This document shows, piece by piece, positions 28,381 through 39,700 of a stretch of 64,000 nucleotides of DNA. The translations under genes and the position numbers were made by a program. This DNA is from Candidatus Magasanikiibacteriota bacterium (lineage in GTDB: Bacteria; Patescibacteriota; Patescibacteriia; Magasanikbacterales; UBA922). The notes below the pieces were generated by a model. The model did not search any database. It saw only the letters and a program-made list of their open reading frames with translations, and had not been told where the DNA came from. The DNA lies in assembly GCA_003482855.1 (NCBI GenBank), contig DMXO01000004.1:58224-122223 (forward strand), read 5' to 3'. The stretch's first letter is position 1; each line of letters opens with the position of its first letter.

Positions 28381-30279
28381 ATGTTTAGAAAAACAATATT
28401 AATTTTGGGAACTGTATTTGTTGGAGCCGGTTTTTTATTATCCACGAATTCAGTTTATGCTGCACCGGACTATGCAAAGATTAAAGATGAAGGTTTCCAC
28501 GCACAGTATATAAGCCAGTCTGTGTCTGATCCTGTAGCTGTTGAAGCCGGGGAGACCATTTCAGTCGTATTTCGATTCAAAAATATAGGTACAAAGACTT
28601 GGGATAGTAATAGCACGCATTTTGTCTCAGCATATACTATGAATCCACGATATCGCACTTCAGATTTTCGTGCAGACAACTGGCTTGATTATCGTCAGAC
28701 CGCAAAAATTCCTGGTGTTGTCCGCCCAGGAGAGGTGGGAGAGCTTACTGTTCAATTCAAGGCTCCAGAGAAAGTAGGTACATACAAAGAAGAATTTTGG
28801 CTTGCGTCAGATGGGTGGTCGTGGGTAAAGGGTGGTTATTTTTTTGCTGAGATTAATGTAATTGCCAAACAAGAGGTCGGCACTGCACCAGATGTAGTTG
28901 AACAGCCTACCCAGATAGAAAATTCAGAAGAGATACAGACCAATTCTCTATATCAAGCAAAGAAGATAATGCAAAGCAAAAAAGAAATTTCTGCGGCTGG
29001 TGGTGAACGTGTCAAACTCGTAATTGGCTATCAAAATGTCGGAGCACAAGTATGGGATACTTATGCATTTGTCGTATCTGATGAGACGTCTCTAGCTGCT
29101 TCAGGAGATATTGTTAGTTTTGTAGATGAAAGTTGGAAAGATAATATAACGATAATACAAGTAGACGAGCCAGTGCCCCAGTGGGAGGCTGCACGTGGTA
29201 AATTTTATGTAAAAATGCCTTCTCAAAAAGGGTCATATACACTTACACTTGTGCTTCAAGTGGCAGGTGAAAAATTAGAAGATACGGTATTGCATATCCC
29301 CGTGAATGTAACAGATAGCGCGCCTTCTTATTTTTCTAATTCACAAACATCTGAATCAGTAGATAGACCTCGTCTTGAACAAGAACCAACTATTCGTGTT
29401 GGTGTATGGCGTGAACCAGAACAGGGTGTAGAATTTATATCTCATGACGATACATATATTGTATATGCAGGTACTGAACGCAAAGGTACTCTACCTCCTG
29501 GTATGCGTGCGAGTATGTTTTTTGGAGGAGGTACGTATCATTTTCAAAGTGACGGTCTCAATTTCATGTCTACACAATATATTCGATTGGAACCAGAATA
29601 CAATAAACATGCGGTGTTTACGCTACCTAATTATGAGAGGAAAGTTTCGTGGAAAGGACCTCAAAATTTCAATGCATATCGTGGTGTCGCAGAATATCGT
29701 CGCACACAGGATGACGCCATTATGTATCTTATCAATGAATTACCATTTGAAGACTACGTGGCTGGTATTGCCGAGACATCAAATGCTTCACCTATAGAAT
29801 ATATAAAAGCGCTTCTAACTGCTGCGCGGACGTATGCTTATTATGTACAACAGACAACCAAACATGATGCGCGCAATTTTGATGTCGTTGCACACACTGG
29901 TGACCAACTATATTTGGGATATGAAAGTGAAAAACTTATGCCGCGTGTAAAAGAAGCCCAAGAAGCCACAAGAGGCTACATGATAACGTATGATACAGAC
30001 AAAAATTTTGATACACAAAATGATATTGTTATCACGCCATATTATGCCAATAGCGATGGTCGAACTAGAAGTTGGACAGAAGTATGGGGTGGTAGTGCAA
30101 AACCATGGCTTGTATCAGTACCTGCTAAGTATGATGCGCGTGATGGCAAAAGTATGTACGGACATGGCGTAGGTATGAGTGCACGTGATGCCGCATATAA
30201 GGCAGAAGAAGAAAAAATAGATTATCAAACAATTTTGAAATATTATTATACAGGGGTTGGGGTAGAACGAATATACTAA
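28381..30279 (+). CDS. SpoIID/LytB-domain protein with long N-terminal Ig-like extension (secreted)
   Basis: Signal peptide MFRKTILILGTVFVGAGFLLSTNSVYA; C-terminal SpoIID/LytB amidase-enhancer domain (...ARDAAYKAEEE...YYYTGVGVERIY). Confidence 0.7.
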   Translation: MFRKTILILGTVFVGAGFLLSTNSVYAAPDYAKIKDEGFHAQYISQSVSDPVAVEAGETISVVFRFKNIGTKTWDSNSTHFVSAYTMNPRYRTSDFRADNWLDYRQTAKIPGVVRPGEVGELTVQFKAPEKVGTYKEEFWLASDGWSWVKGGYFFAEINVIAKQEVGTAPDVVEQPTQIENSEEIQTNSLYQAKKIMQSKKEISAAGGERVKLVIGYQNVGAQVWDTYAFVVSDETSLAASGDIVSFVDESWKDNITIIQVDEPVPQWEAARGKFYVKMPSQKGSYTLTLVLQVAGEKLEDTVLHIPVNVTDSAPSYFSNSQTSESVDRPRLEQEPTIRVGVWREPEQGVEFISHDDTYIVYAGTERKGTLPPGMRASMFFGGGTYHFQSDGLNFMSTQYIRLEPEYNKHAVFTLPNYERKVSWKGPQNFNAYRGVAEYRRTQDDAIMYLINELPFEDYVAGIAETSNASPIEYIKALLTAARTYAYYVQQTTKHDARNFDVVAHTGDQLYLGYESEKLMPRVKEAQEATRGYMITYDTDKNFDTQNDIVITPYYANSDGRTRSWTEVWGGSAKPWLVSVPAKYDARDGKSMYGHGVGMSARDAAYKAEEEKIDYQTILKYYYTGVGVERIY

Positions 30280-30313
30280 TTTGTGCCTAATTATTTGAAC
30301 ACCTAATCAAAAA

Positions 30314-30338
30314 AACCGGCTCGCGTGAGCCGGTTTTT
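30314..30338. terminator. Bidirectional terminator AAAAAACCGGCTC-gcgt-GAGCCGGTTTTTT
   Basis: Perfect 7-bp stem flanked by A6 and T6 between convergent genes. Confidence 0.8.
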
Positions 30339-31192
30339 TATGCTGCTTTTTTTTCATCTAGATCCGCATGTGTGCGGGTTTGTTCAGTGTATGTCGTATT
30401 AATGAGAATTTTTATCATGCTTATTATATCATTGTACAACTCGCCATCTTCCCTTTTTAAATCATCGAGTGTGCCTGTGAAATTATCCTCCTCGAGTATC
30501 TCTAGGCTACTTTGGAATAATTGAAGTGCCTCATTGATTAATTGTTCGTGAATTTTATCTCTTACTTTTTTTATATCATAGACCTTTTTCCCGCCTTCTA
30601 TTTTTTTGATCCATTCTTGCAATATAATAGTTACTGGTCGGTTGTGTTTTGTTTCCATTTCTCTTAGCTCTGCTTCTATTTGAGCGATATATTCATCTGA
30701 CGGCGATGTCTTTTCTTGTATATGGGTATCGTCTTCTGTTATATACCTTTCTGTTTTTGCATGTCGTATATATCTCTTAGTTTTTTTGATGAATTTAGCA
30801 ATCGCTTGGATGATATCTTCATAGAGTTCAATATCTCTTTGTGATAGCTCACGCATTGTTATGTCGGGGTAATCCGATTCTATTATTTCCAACACACCGG
30901 TAAGACCACCCAAAATATTTGATTTTAGATGTATATCGAGATCTGACATATTAACTTCATTCAGCCAATATACCACTATAGTTTGTGCGTCGTACCCATC
31001 ATGGTCATATTGCTCTTTCAATGTATGTTTGATAGCGCGTGTTATTTCATTTTCTAATTGTCGTTCAAATTCTTTTTTTTGTCTGAAATCTTCCTGCTTT
31101 TCTGTTTTAGTTTTGAATTTTTTATAATACAAATCATCGGGGTTGTATCCAGACTCATCTGGCTCATGGTAGTCTCCCCACTCTGTTGGCAT
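30338..31192 (-). CDS. Hypothetical acidic, Glu/Asp/Tyr-rich protein
   Basis: 284 aa, highly charged, no recognised motif; downstream of recA. Confidence 0.45.
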   Translation of the reverse strand: MPTEWGDYHEPDESGYNPDDLYYKKFKTKTEKQEDFRQKKEFERQLENEITRAIKHTLKEQYDHDGYDAQTIVVYWLNEVNMSDLDIHLKSNILGGLTGVLEIIESDYPDITMRELSQRDIELYEDIIQAIAKFIKKTKRYIRHAKTERYITEDDTHIQEKTSPSDEYIAQIEAELREMETKHNRPVTIILQEWIKKIEGGKKVYDIKKVRDKIHEQLINEALQLFQSSLEILEEDNFTGTLDDLKREDGELYNDIISMIKILINTTYTEQTRTHADLDEKKAA

Positions 31193-31227
31193 ATCAAAAT
31201 AATTTAAGAGTTATGGAGATAAAGTTA

Positions 31228-32280
31228 CTATTCTTCTACGTTTTCTTTTTCTCCCTCCATACCCTTTTCTTCTTCTGGCGCTTCACCGCGTTCTACTGCT
31301 TCCCAAATTTTATCGTTAATCTGTTTCATGAGTTTGGGATTTTCACGCAAGTATTGCTTTGCTTTTTCACGCCCTACACCAAGTTTTTCTTCATTGAACG
31401 TATAACTATTTCCAGATTTTTGTACTACTCTATGCAGTACACCGGTATCAAGCAAATCTCCAGATGTAGAGATACCCTCATTATACATAATATCAAATTC
31501 AGTAGTACGGAATGGAGCTGCTACTTTATTTTTTACCACTTTTGCTTTTACTCTGTTGCCGATTATTTTGTCTCCCTGTTTTATTTGTGCTGCGCGACGT
31601 ACCTCAATACGAACAGATGAATAAAATTTGAGAGCATTGCCACCCGTTGTCGTTTCTGGGTTGCCAAAGAAGACCCCAATCTTCATGCGTGTTTGATTAA
31701 TAAATACGACAACTGTTTTGGTTTTGCTGATAATGCCGGTTAATTTTCGCAATGCTTGTGACATGAGGCGTGCTTGGAGACCCATGTGACTTTCTCCCAT
31801 TTCACCTTCTATTTCAGCTTTTGGTACAAGTGCTGCTACTGAGTCTACGACTACGACATCTACTGCATTTGATCGGACAAGTGTCTCCATAATTTCGAGA
31901 GCTTGTTCTCCAGTATCTGGCTGAGAAATATATAGATCTTTTACATTGACCCCAATTTTTTTTGCATAATCTGGGTCAAGTGCATGTTCAGCGTCAATGA
32001 ATGCCGCGATGCCACCTTGTTTTTGGACTTCAGCAATAATGTGTTGAGCAAGCGTTGTCTTGCCACTTGCCTCAGGGCCGTATACTTCGATGATACGTCC
32101 TCGAGGAACACCTTTGACTCCAAGCGCGATATCAAGAGATACAGACCCTGTAGATACTACGTCTACATTGCTTGCCTTCGCCTCGCCAAATCGCATGATG
32201 GAGTTGTCGCCGTACTTTTGTTTTATTTGTTCTATAGCAGTTTGGGCCGCTTGAATTTTTGGATTTTCTTCTTTTGGCAT
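31228..32280 (-). CDS. recA: Recombinase A
   Basis: Walker [11 protein letters not shown]1/L2 loops, strongly conserved RecA sequence throughout; 350 aa. Confidence 0.95.
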   Translation of the reverse strand: MPKEENPKIQAAQTAIEQIKQKYGDNSIMRFGEAKASNVDVVSTGSVSLDIALGVKGVPRGRIIEVYGPEASGKTTLAQHIIAEVQKQGGIAAFIDAEHALDPDYAKKIGVNVKDLYISQPDTGEQALEIMETLVRSNAVDVVVVDSVAALVPKAEIEGEMGESHMGLQARLMSQALRKLTGIISKTKTVVVFINQTRMKIGVFFGNPETTTGGNALKFYSSVRIEVRRAAQIKQGDKIIGNRVKAKVVKNKVAAPFRTTEFDIMYNEGISTSGDLLDTGVLHRVVQKSGNSYTFNEEKLGVGREKAKQYLRENPKLMKQINDKIWEAVERGEAPEEEKGMEGEKENVEE

Positions 32281-32373
32281 ATATTTTTAAGTTTGATTTT
32301 AAGATGGATTAGGGGTTTAATTTTTGTTTAAAAAAGAGAGGTTATCCTCTCCGTACACTCAATTGTACAAGGA

Positions 32374-33087
32374 TTATCTAGAGGTGTCAAACTGTTCTCT
32401 CAGAGAGAATTGTTTATTTGTTTTATAAATAACATGCATAGTTTCCTCTGTAGTTTTTCCGTGTTTATTTTGGGCAGTTATCACGAGCGTGTTTATTCCG
32501 GGGGACAAATCTATTGTCTGGTTGAAATTGCCTTTTTCATCATTTTGTATGGGTTCGCCGTTTATAGTTATTTTGGTTTCTGGGGGCGTCTTGCCGGTCA
32601 CTGCCACACTATTTTCTACAGTAATGAGTCCATTGCTCGGTGATATAATAGATAATTCAGGGGCTTGTAGAATATGACGTATATGGTTGCCGAGATATAT
32701 GAACACGCTGAGTACAGCAGTACCTACGAGCAAAAATCGTATAATGTTAGGCAGATTACTAAAATGTGTTTTTTTGCATCCTACGCCAGGATGTTTGTTG
32801 CACGCATGCTTTAGTGTTGATTCTTCCTCAGTGAATTGTTGCAAGAAAGATTCGGGATTTTGACCGAGCGCTTGGACGTATTTTTTTATAAAATTTTTTT
32901 GATATACAAAAGCCTGTCCTACCTCATCAAAACGACATTCTTCCAGAGCTTGTAAATATTTTTTTTGTATGCGTGTGCGTGTTTCAAGCTGACACAAAGA
33001 AATACCTGCAGCTTCGCGCGCGGCTTTGAGTCGTAGACATACACGTTTGTTTGGGACCAAACACTTCTTTTTGAAGACAGCAACCAT
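32374..33087 (-). CDS. HTH (XRE-type) domain - TM - C-terminal domain protein (RodZ-like)
   Basis: N-terminal helix-turn-helix, single TM IIRFLLVGTAVLSVFIYL, beta-rich C-terminal domain; 237 aa. Confidence 0.55.
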   Translation of the reverse strand: MVAVFKKKCLVPNKRVCLRLKAAREAAGISLCQLETRTRIQKKYLQALEECRFDEVGQAFVYQKNFIKKYVQALGQNPESFLQQFTEEESTLKHACNKHPGVGCKKTHFSNLPNIIRFLLVGTAVLSVFIYLGNHIRHILQAPELSIISPSNGLITVENSVAVTGKTPPETKITINGEPIQNDEKGNFNQTIDLSPGINTLVITAQNKHGKTTEETMHVIYKTNKQFSLREQFDTSR

Positions 33088-33130
33088 ACACGGCTATCTA
33101 ATTATACAATTATTTTTTCAAGTGGATTCA

Positions 33131-35494
33131 TTAGAAAATGGATGTACCAGATGAACTATTTTTTCCTTCTTCATTATCAAGACCCTCTTCATTTTCTTGT
33201 TCCTCATTGGTATCTTCTTCTACTGAGTTTTCTTCATCTACGTTTTCTGGCTCATCAAATGTATTGAGCTCTCCTCCTGCATCCATTGTATCACGTACCT
33301 CTACTTCTGTCACGAGGATTTCACGTGGTTTTGCTCCTTGGGCAGGACCAATAATCCCAGCTTCTTCGAGCTCATCTAGTATACGGGCAGCACGCGCGTA
33401 TCCTATTTTGAGTCTACGTTGCAAAAAAGATGCACTCGCTTTGCCTGCTTTTACCATAGCTTCTTGTGCTTCTTCGAATAAGGGATCTTGGTCATCACTC
33501 GTACCCCCAAACATATTGGCAGTGCCACCACCTTTGTGATGTTCTACGATAGATTCATCATATTCAGGTTCCTCATCGCCTTTGAGATAATCCACTACAT
33601 CCTTGAGTTCTTCTTCGGAAATAAAAGCACCTTGAATACGAATTGGTTTACTCAATTCTGCTGTTTGAAATAGCATGTCGCCACGACCCAAAAGTTTTTC
33701 TGCGCCTGGAGAATCAAGAATAGTGCGTGAGTCAATTTGTGATGCAACAGAAAAAGCAATGCGCGCGGGGATGTTTGCTTTCATGAGTCCGGTAATGACG
33801 TCAACGCTCGGACGTTGTGTTGCTAGAATGAGATGTATGCCAACTGCACGCGCCATTTGAGCAAGTCGGATAATACCTGCCTCGACTTCATTTGCTGCAG
33901 ATGCCATGAGGTCGGCAAGTTCATCAATAATAAATACAATGTGTGGTATCTTGTGGTCTGGATATTTTGTGTTGTATGAACTTATGTCGCGTGACCCGAC
34001 GCTTGCCAAAAGTTCAAACCGTCTATCCATTTCCCCAATAGTCCATTTGAGTGCATTCACTGTTTTTTGTACGTTAGTAATAACGGGCGTTAGCAAATGT
34101 GGAATACCATTGTACAAAGTCAGCTCAACACGTTTTGGGTCAACCATAATCAGGCGCAATATTTCTGCGGTGTTTTGGAATAGTAAACTCATGATGATGG
34201 TATTGACACATACAGTCTTTCCAGATCCTGTTGCACCTGCGATAAGCAGATGTGGCATGCGTGGTAGATCACCAAACCATACTTTTCCTGCGACATCTTT
34301 TCCAAGTGCGATCATCATGCTGTGTTGTCGGTTTCTAAATTCTTTTGATTCAAGCAATTCTTTTACTGATACCAATGCCGCTCGTTCATTTGGTACTTCA
34401 ATACCCACAAGTGGCTTACCAGGAATAGGGGCTTCAATACGGATCGGGTGTGCGGCAAGCGCGAGAGCCAAATCATTTGAAAGTCCGGTAATGCGTGATA
34501 GCTTGATACCCTTGTCAGGTTTGAGTGAGTATTGTGTTACGGTTGGTCCCACGCGTATTTCACCCATAGCCACACCAATGCCAAATTGAGAAAAAGTATC
34601 TTGAATAATTTCCGCGTTCGCAACTATGTCGCCACTTGTTGGTTTTCCTCGTTTGTCTGACAATAGTGTTAATGGAGGTAAATTTTTTATGATAACTCGT
34701 TTTGACCAGACATCACTTGCTTTTTGTTTTTCAGGTTCTTCCTCGCCCCCCTCAGTGTCTTCCCCATCGTCTTCTTCAGATGAACGCAAATGTTTTTTTG
34801 CGAATCTTTCTTCCACAGGTTCTTCGGATGTATCTTCATCCACTTCATCATTCTCATATATTTCTTCATCATTTTCTTCATCACGCGTATCTTTGTTATA
34901 GTCTCCTTTTATCTTGACGTGATTACCTGTAGGCAGGAATAGCTTTTTTATGATAGACACAAGTGATCTCCCAAACCATCCAAGTGCTGCAAAAAATTTT
35001 TTGTGTATGAGTACAAATGCGGCAAGTGTCGTATTGAAAATAAGAAATATAGAAATGATGACAATACCGATGAGTATGACATAACTTGCGACAACACCCA
35101 GGTATTCTTTCATAGGCCATGCAAGCATACCAAAGATGCCACCCCCATGACCTTCAAGTGCCTGGCGCCACATATCTCTCGTTTCAAATCCTAGATGCAT
35201 GACACTTGAAAGTGATAGGAAAAATAATAATGCGCCGATGCCATGTGTAGGACGATAGTCGTAATCAATGTCTTTCAATAGAAACCACGCAAGAATGAGA
35301 ATAATTGCTGGAGTAAAATAGCGAATAGATCCAAATAAAAAGCTCAATATATATTCATCAAGCATGGTACCTACAAATCCAGCTCTGTCAAAAAAACTAA
35401 GTATGATGATGGCTGCGAAAACAGCAAGGAGTACAGCGATGATACCGCGAGAAAGTGTAGGATCGAGGCGGGATGTTTTTTTACGTCTGGTCAT
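33131..35494 (-). CDS. ftsK: DNA translocase FtsK/SpoIIIE
   Basis: N-terminal TM helices, acidic linker, motor domain with Walker A GATGSGKT and C-terminal gamma (winged-helix) domain; 787 aa. Confidence 0.9.
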   Translation of the reverse strand: MTRRKKTSRLDPTLSRGIIAVLLAVFAAIIILSFFDRAGFVGTMLDEYILSFLFGSIRYFTPAIILILAWFLLKDIDYDYRPTHGIGALLFFLSLSSVMHLGFETRDMWRQALEGHGGGIFGMLAWPMKEYLGVVASYVILIGIVIISIFLIFNTTLAAFVLIHKKFFAALGWFGRSLVSIIKKLFLPTGNHVKIKGDYNKDTRDEENDEEIYENDEVDEDTSEEPVEERFAKKHLRSSEEDDGEDTEGGEEEPEKQKASDVWSKRVIIKNLPPLTLLSDKRGKPTSGDIVANAEIIQDTFSQFGIGVAMGEIRVGPTVTQYSLKPDKGIKLSRITGLSNDLALALAAHPIRIEAPIPGKPLVGIEVPNERAALVSVKELLESKEFRNRQHSMMIALGKDVAGKVWFGDLPRMPHLLIAGATGSGKTVCVNTIIMSLLFQNTAEILRLIMVDPKRVELTLYNGIPHLLTPVITNVQKTVNALKWTIGEMDRRFELLASVGSRDISSYNTKYPDHKIPHIVFIIDELADLMASAANEVEAGIIRLAQMARAVGIHLILATQRPSVDVITGLMKANIPARIAFSVASQIDSRTILDSPGAEKLLGRGDMLFQTAELSKPIRIQGAFISEEELKDVVDYLKGDEEPEYDESIVEHHKGGGTANMFGGTSDDQDPLFEEAQEAMVKAGKASASFLQRRLKIGYARAARILDELEEAGIIGPAQGAKPREILVTEVEVRDTMDAGGELNTFDEPENVDEENSVEEDTNEEQENEEGLDNEEGKNSSSGTSIF

Positions 35495-35699
35495 AGATTA
35501 TAGGTCATGCATTGTGAAACATGTAGCAAAAAATAAATACATATCAAATGTAATCATATTGTAACATATTTTTTTGTATTGAGAAATAGAATTTATTTTT
35601 GACTGTTGAACAAAAAATAAGGACAAATTTTTATACATATATTACTGAGATGAAAAATAAGAAGATATTTGGGATATTAAAAAACAATCGCTTTTGAAG

Positions 35700-35725
35700 C
35701 AATTGTTTTAATTATAACTTCCAGA
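35700..35725 (-). terminator. Terminator AACAATcGC-ttttgaa-GCaATTGTT + U6 downstream of the GC-rich 114-aa gene
   Basis: Read directly on the - strand. Confidence 0.5.
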
Positions 35726-35811
35726 CCTTGGTACTCTCTGCAAATAAGTTACCACGTAAAGAAATTTTATTCCCACGTGGTTTACAAAGAATATGCAGGG
35801 GTCTGGAAGTC
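35719..35811. repeat. 11-bp perfect inverted repeat ACTTCCAGACC / GGTCTGGAAGT enclosing 71 bp that contains a CCACGT...ACGTGG sub-palindrome
   Basis: Read directly; lies between the stop of the GC-rich 114-aa gene and its terminator. Confidence 0.5.
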
Positions 35812-35850
35812 GGAACTTCATGCGCGCACCCCCGAGTAGCGCGCATCTCT

Positions 35851-36195
35851 TCAGACGCCGGTCTCTTCGTACCAGTGTTGCGCGACCGAGGCCGCGTGTT
35901 CGAACCGCTTGGCCAGATCCCCGGCCAGCTTCCTGCCCTCTCGGGACAACCCCCGCAGACGGGCGTGCAGCCTGAGCCGACTGGCCATGTTGTGGGTCAG
36001 CCGGAGGATCTCGAGCGATGAACCACTCTCAATCTCCGGCTTGAGCTGTTCACTGTAGAGGTTGTCTGCGTCGTACCAGATCGCTTTTGCGATCTTGTCA
36101 TGACCGGCTTGCTCTACTGCTCGAGCGAGATCCTCTAGCCTCTTACAGGCTCTCTCGAGAGCTCTTGCCCAGCTTTTCACTGCGCCCTGATTCAT
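35851..36195 (-). CDS. Hypothetical GC-rich 114-aa helical protein (cassette 3)
   Basis: GC3-biased coding on - strand, predicted all-helical, own AT-rich promoter (TTGACT...TTATGT) at about 36270-36300. Confidence 0.5.
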   Translation of the reverse strand: MNQGAVKSWARALERACKRLEDLARAVEQAGHDKIAKAIWYDADNLYSEQLKPEIESGSSLEILRLTHNMASRLRLHARLRGLSREGRKLAGDLAKRFEHAASVAQHWYEETGV

Positions 36196-36379
36196 GCTTG
36201 TTCCAATCCACCCCGTCGTGGGGTTGTTGTGGGACTTCTGGGTTTAGTTTCTGAGAACAAAACACGATAACATAAACATAAAGAGAGAGAGAAGTCAATG
36301 CTTATTATTTTAAAAATAAATTGTGGATAACTTTGTTAGTAAAATAAGCCAAATTTTTATTTAGAATTTTAATTTTTGC

Positions 36380-36560
36380 TAGATTAAGCTAAAAAGTAAC
36401 CATGCTTGACAATTACTTATCCACCTGCTCAATGTTTGACATTGTTTTGTTTTTCCTGTATTCTAAACCTGCGTGTAAAACTTCTAGAAAACTGTCAAAA
36501 ATTGCTTAAATAAGCACAATTCTGGTATTATCGTCCTCCATTCGCACTTGCAAGGGCGAA
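36380..36560 (+). promoter_or_regulatory. rpoB upstream region with tandem sigma70-like promoters (TTGACA x2; TTGCTT...TATTAT) and ~200-nt leader
   Basis: 540-nt non-coding stretch before rpoB containing consensus hexamers; no ribosomal-protein genes upstream. Confidence 0.4.
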
Positions 36561-36734
36561 TTATCCGGATCACACATGGCTAGAGATTTCTCCCAAAAAT
36601 AACGTTTTTTCATTATCCTTTTCTTAAAAAGGAATTTTTTGTTATCTAGCTACATATCACTGGTATACAACATACGAAATATACAAAACGCGTTTTTTAT
36701 CTTTCGTATTTTGTCTACATAATCTCTTTGCCCT

Positions 36735-39700
36735 ATGTCTGTATACAAACGTCAACCGCTCAAGACGCTTGAGCGAAAGTTTTTTACTCCTTTGCGTGAT
36801 GCTATCGAGACTCCGGATTTGATTGAAGTACAAAAGTCTTCTTATGCATGGTTTTTTGAAGAGGGTCTTCGTGAACTTTTTGATGAATTGTCTCCTATTA
36901 CAGATTTCACTGGGCGTGACCTTGAGTTGTATTTTGAAGATTATTATTTGGACGAGCCCAAATTTGATGAGGTGGTGTGTCGCAACAAAAATATTACGTA
37001 CGAATCACCATTGCGTGTAAATGTCCGTCTCACCAATAGTCGTACAGGTAAAAGTGAAAAACAGGAAATCTACCTCGGTGATGTGCCTCTCATGACTGAT
37101 CGTGGCACGTTTGTTGTTAATGGTATCGAGCGTGTCGCCGTGTCTCAGCTTATTCGTAGCGCTGGTGCTTTTTTCACAGCAGAAGCTGTACGTGGTAGAC
37201 GTTTTTATGGAGCAAAGATTATCCCTAATCGCGGTGCTTGGATCGAAATTGAAACTGATCAAAATAATGTACTGTGGATCAAGGTAGATAGAAAACGTAA
37301 AGTTGCAGCTACTTCATTATTGCGCGCTTTTGGATACAAGAATGATGAAGATATCAAAAAGTTATTTGAAGATGTTAACACACATCCTAATATTGATTTC
37401 ATAGATAATACGATCAAAAAAGATGCTGCACGTAGTGAAGAGGAAGGTCTCATCGAAGTGTATAGACGTATTCGTCCTGGCGATCTCGCAACTGCAGACA
37501 ATGCAAAAGGTTTGATCCATGCAATGTTTTTCAATTTTGATAGATATGATCTTGGTAAAGTTGGTGTATATAAATTTGCAACAAAATTTAGTTTGAATCT
37601 GACACAAGAACAGTATGACAATAAAGAAGAACGTGTACTTTCACCCGAAAAATTGGTCATGGTGCTCCGAGAAGTTGTGCGTCTCAATGTAACGCAAGAT
37701 GAACCAGATGATATCGACCACTTGGGCAATAGGCGTGTCCGTGGTGTGGGTGAGCTCGTACAAAATCGTTTCCGCATTGGTCTTGCTCGTATGGAGCGTA
37801 TCGTGAAAGATCGCATGAGTACCATGGAAATGGATAGTATTGTTCCGAACAAGCTTATCAACGCACGCCCTGTGATATCAGTCATGCGTGAATTTTTCAT
37901 GAGTTCACAATTGTCTCAGTTCATGGATCAGGTAAATCCTTTGGCAGAATTGGAACACAAGCGTCGTATCTCTGCACTTGGTCCAGGTGGTCTCTCTCGA
38001 GATAGAGCAGGATTTGAAGTGCGTGATGTACACAAGACTCACTACGGTCGTATATGTCCTATTGCGACTCCAGAAGGTCCAAACATTGGACTTGTCGGTC
38101 ATTTATCTACATTTGCAAAAGTGAACCGTTTTGGTTTCCTTGAAACTCCTTATAGAAAGGTAATACACGTGATACCAAATGAAGCTCGTTTTACTGAAGG
38201 AGAAGTTGCGTATGAAGATGTTGTACATATAGTCAAAACAGGCGATGTTATCACGAGTGCTCTTGCGAAAAAACTTGAACAAGAAAAAAAGATTGCACAC
38301 ATAAAAGTAAAGCCACGCGTTACTCATGAGATTATATATCTTAATTCATTTCAAGAAGAGAGAACTACAACTGCAAGTGCAACGGTACCTCTTGATGAAA
38401 AAGGATACTTTGTCGAAGATCGTGTGCCAGCTCGTGTGCATGGTGAAGCACAGGTAATCAAAGCTGAAGAAGTAGAATATGTTGACGTGGCGTCAAACCA
38501 GATATTGTCTCTCGCAACAAGTCTTATTCCATTTCTTGAACATGACGATGCGACCCGTGCACTCATGGGTACCAACATGCAACGTCAATCTGTGCCTTGT
38601 ATTAAACCAGAGCCACCACTTGTAGGTACTGGCGTAGAACGTGCAGCAGCATTGAATAGTGGCTATGTGGCAAGGGCTCCTGGCGCAGGTGAAGTAACAT
38701 ATGTAGACGGTGGTAAAATTGAATTTACTGATACCAAAGGAAAAATATATACCTATCCTATTTCAAAATACGTACGATCTAATGCATCAAGTAGTATAAA
38801 CCAACGCCCGACAGTTGTACCAGGACAGAAACTCAAAAAGGGTGATCCAATGACTGATGGTCCTTCTATCAAGGATGCAGAGCTCGCGCTTGGACAAAAT
38901 GTGCTTGTGGCATATATGGTATGGGATGGATACAACTATGAAGACGCTATTATCATTTCAGATAGACTTGTTAAAGATGATCGCTATACATCAGTACATA
39001 TTGAAGATTACACGACCGATGTACGAGAGACCAAGCTTGGTGAAGAAGTAGTTACGAGTGATATACCAAATGTGGGTGAAGAAAAATTACGCAATCTTGA
39101 TGCAGAAGGCATTGTGCGTATTGGCGCTGAGGTACATTCAGGAGATATATTGGTTGGCAAGATCACACCGAAAGGCGAGACAGAATTGACACCAGAAGAA
39201 CGTCTTCTCCGTGCTATTTTTGGTGAAAAAGCTCGTGATGTGCGTGATTCTTCACTATATCTCGAACATGGTGAAAAAGGAAAAGTTATTGATGTAAAAG
39301 TATTTTCTGCAGAAGCAGGAGACAAACTCCAACCAGGTGTTATCAAGCAAGTACAAGTAACTGTCGCAGACATGCGCAAAATTCAAGTAGGTGACAAGAT
39401 GGCTGGTCGTCACGGAAACAAAGGTGTCATCTCTCGTGTCGTACCTGCAGAAGATATGCCATTTTTGGAAGATGGTACTCCTGTTGATATTATCTTGTCA
39501 CCACTGGGCGTCGTGTCTCGTATGAATTTGGGTCAATTACTTGAGACTCATCTTGGCCTTGCAGCAAATGCGCTTGGTTACAAAGCGGCAACCCCAGTAC
39601 TTAATGGTATACACGAAGAACAGATAGAAGAAGAACTCAAAAAAGCAGGATTCCCTGTAGATGGACAATTGCAGCTCTGTGATGGACGTACGGGTGAGCC

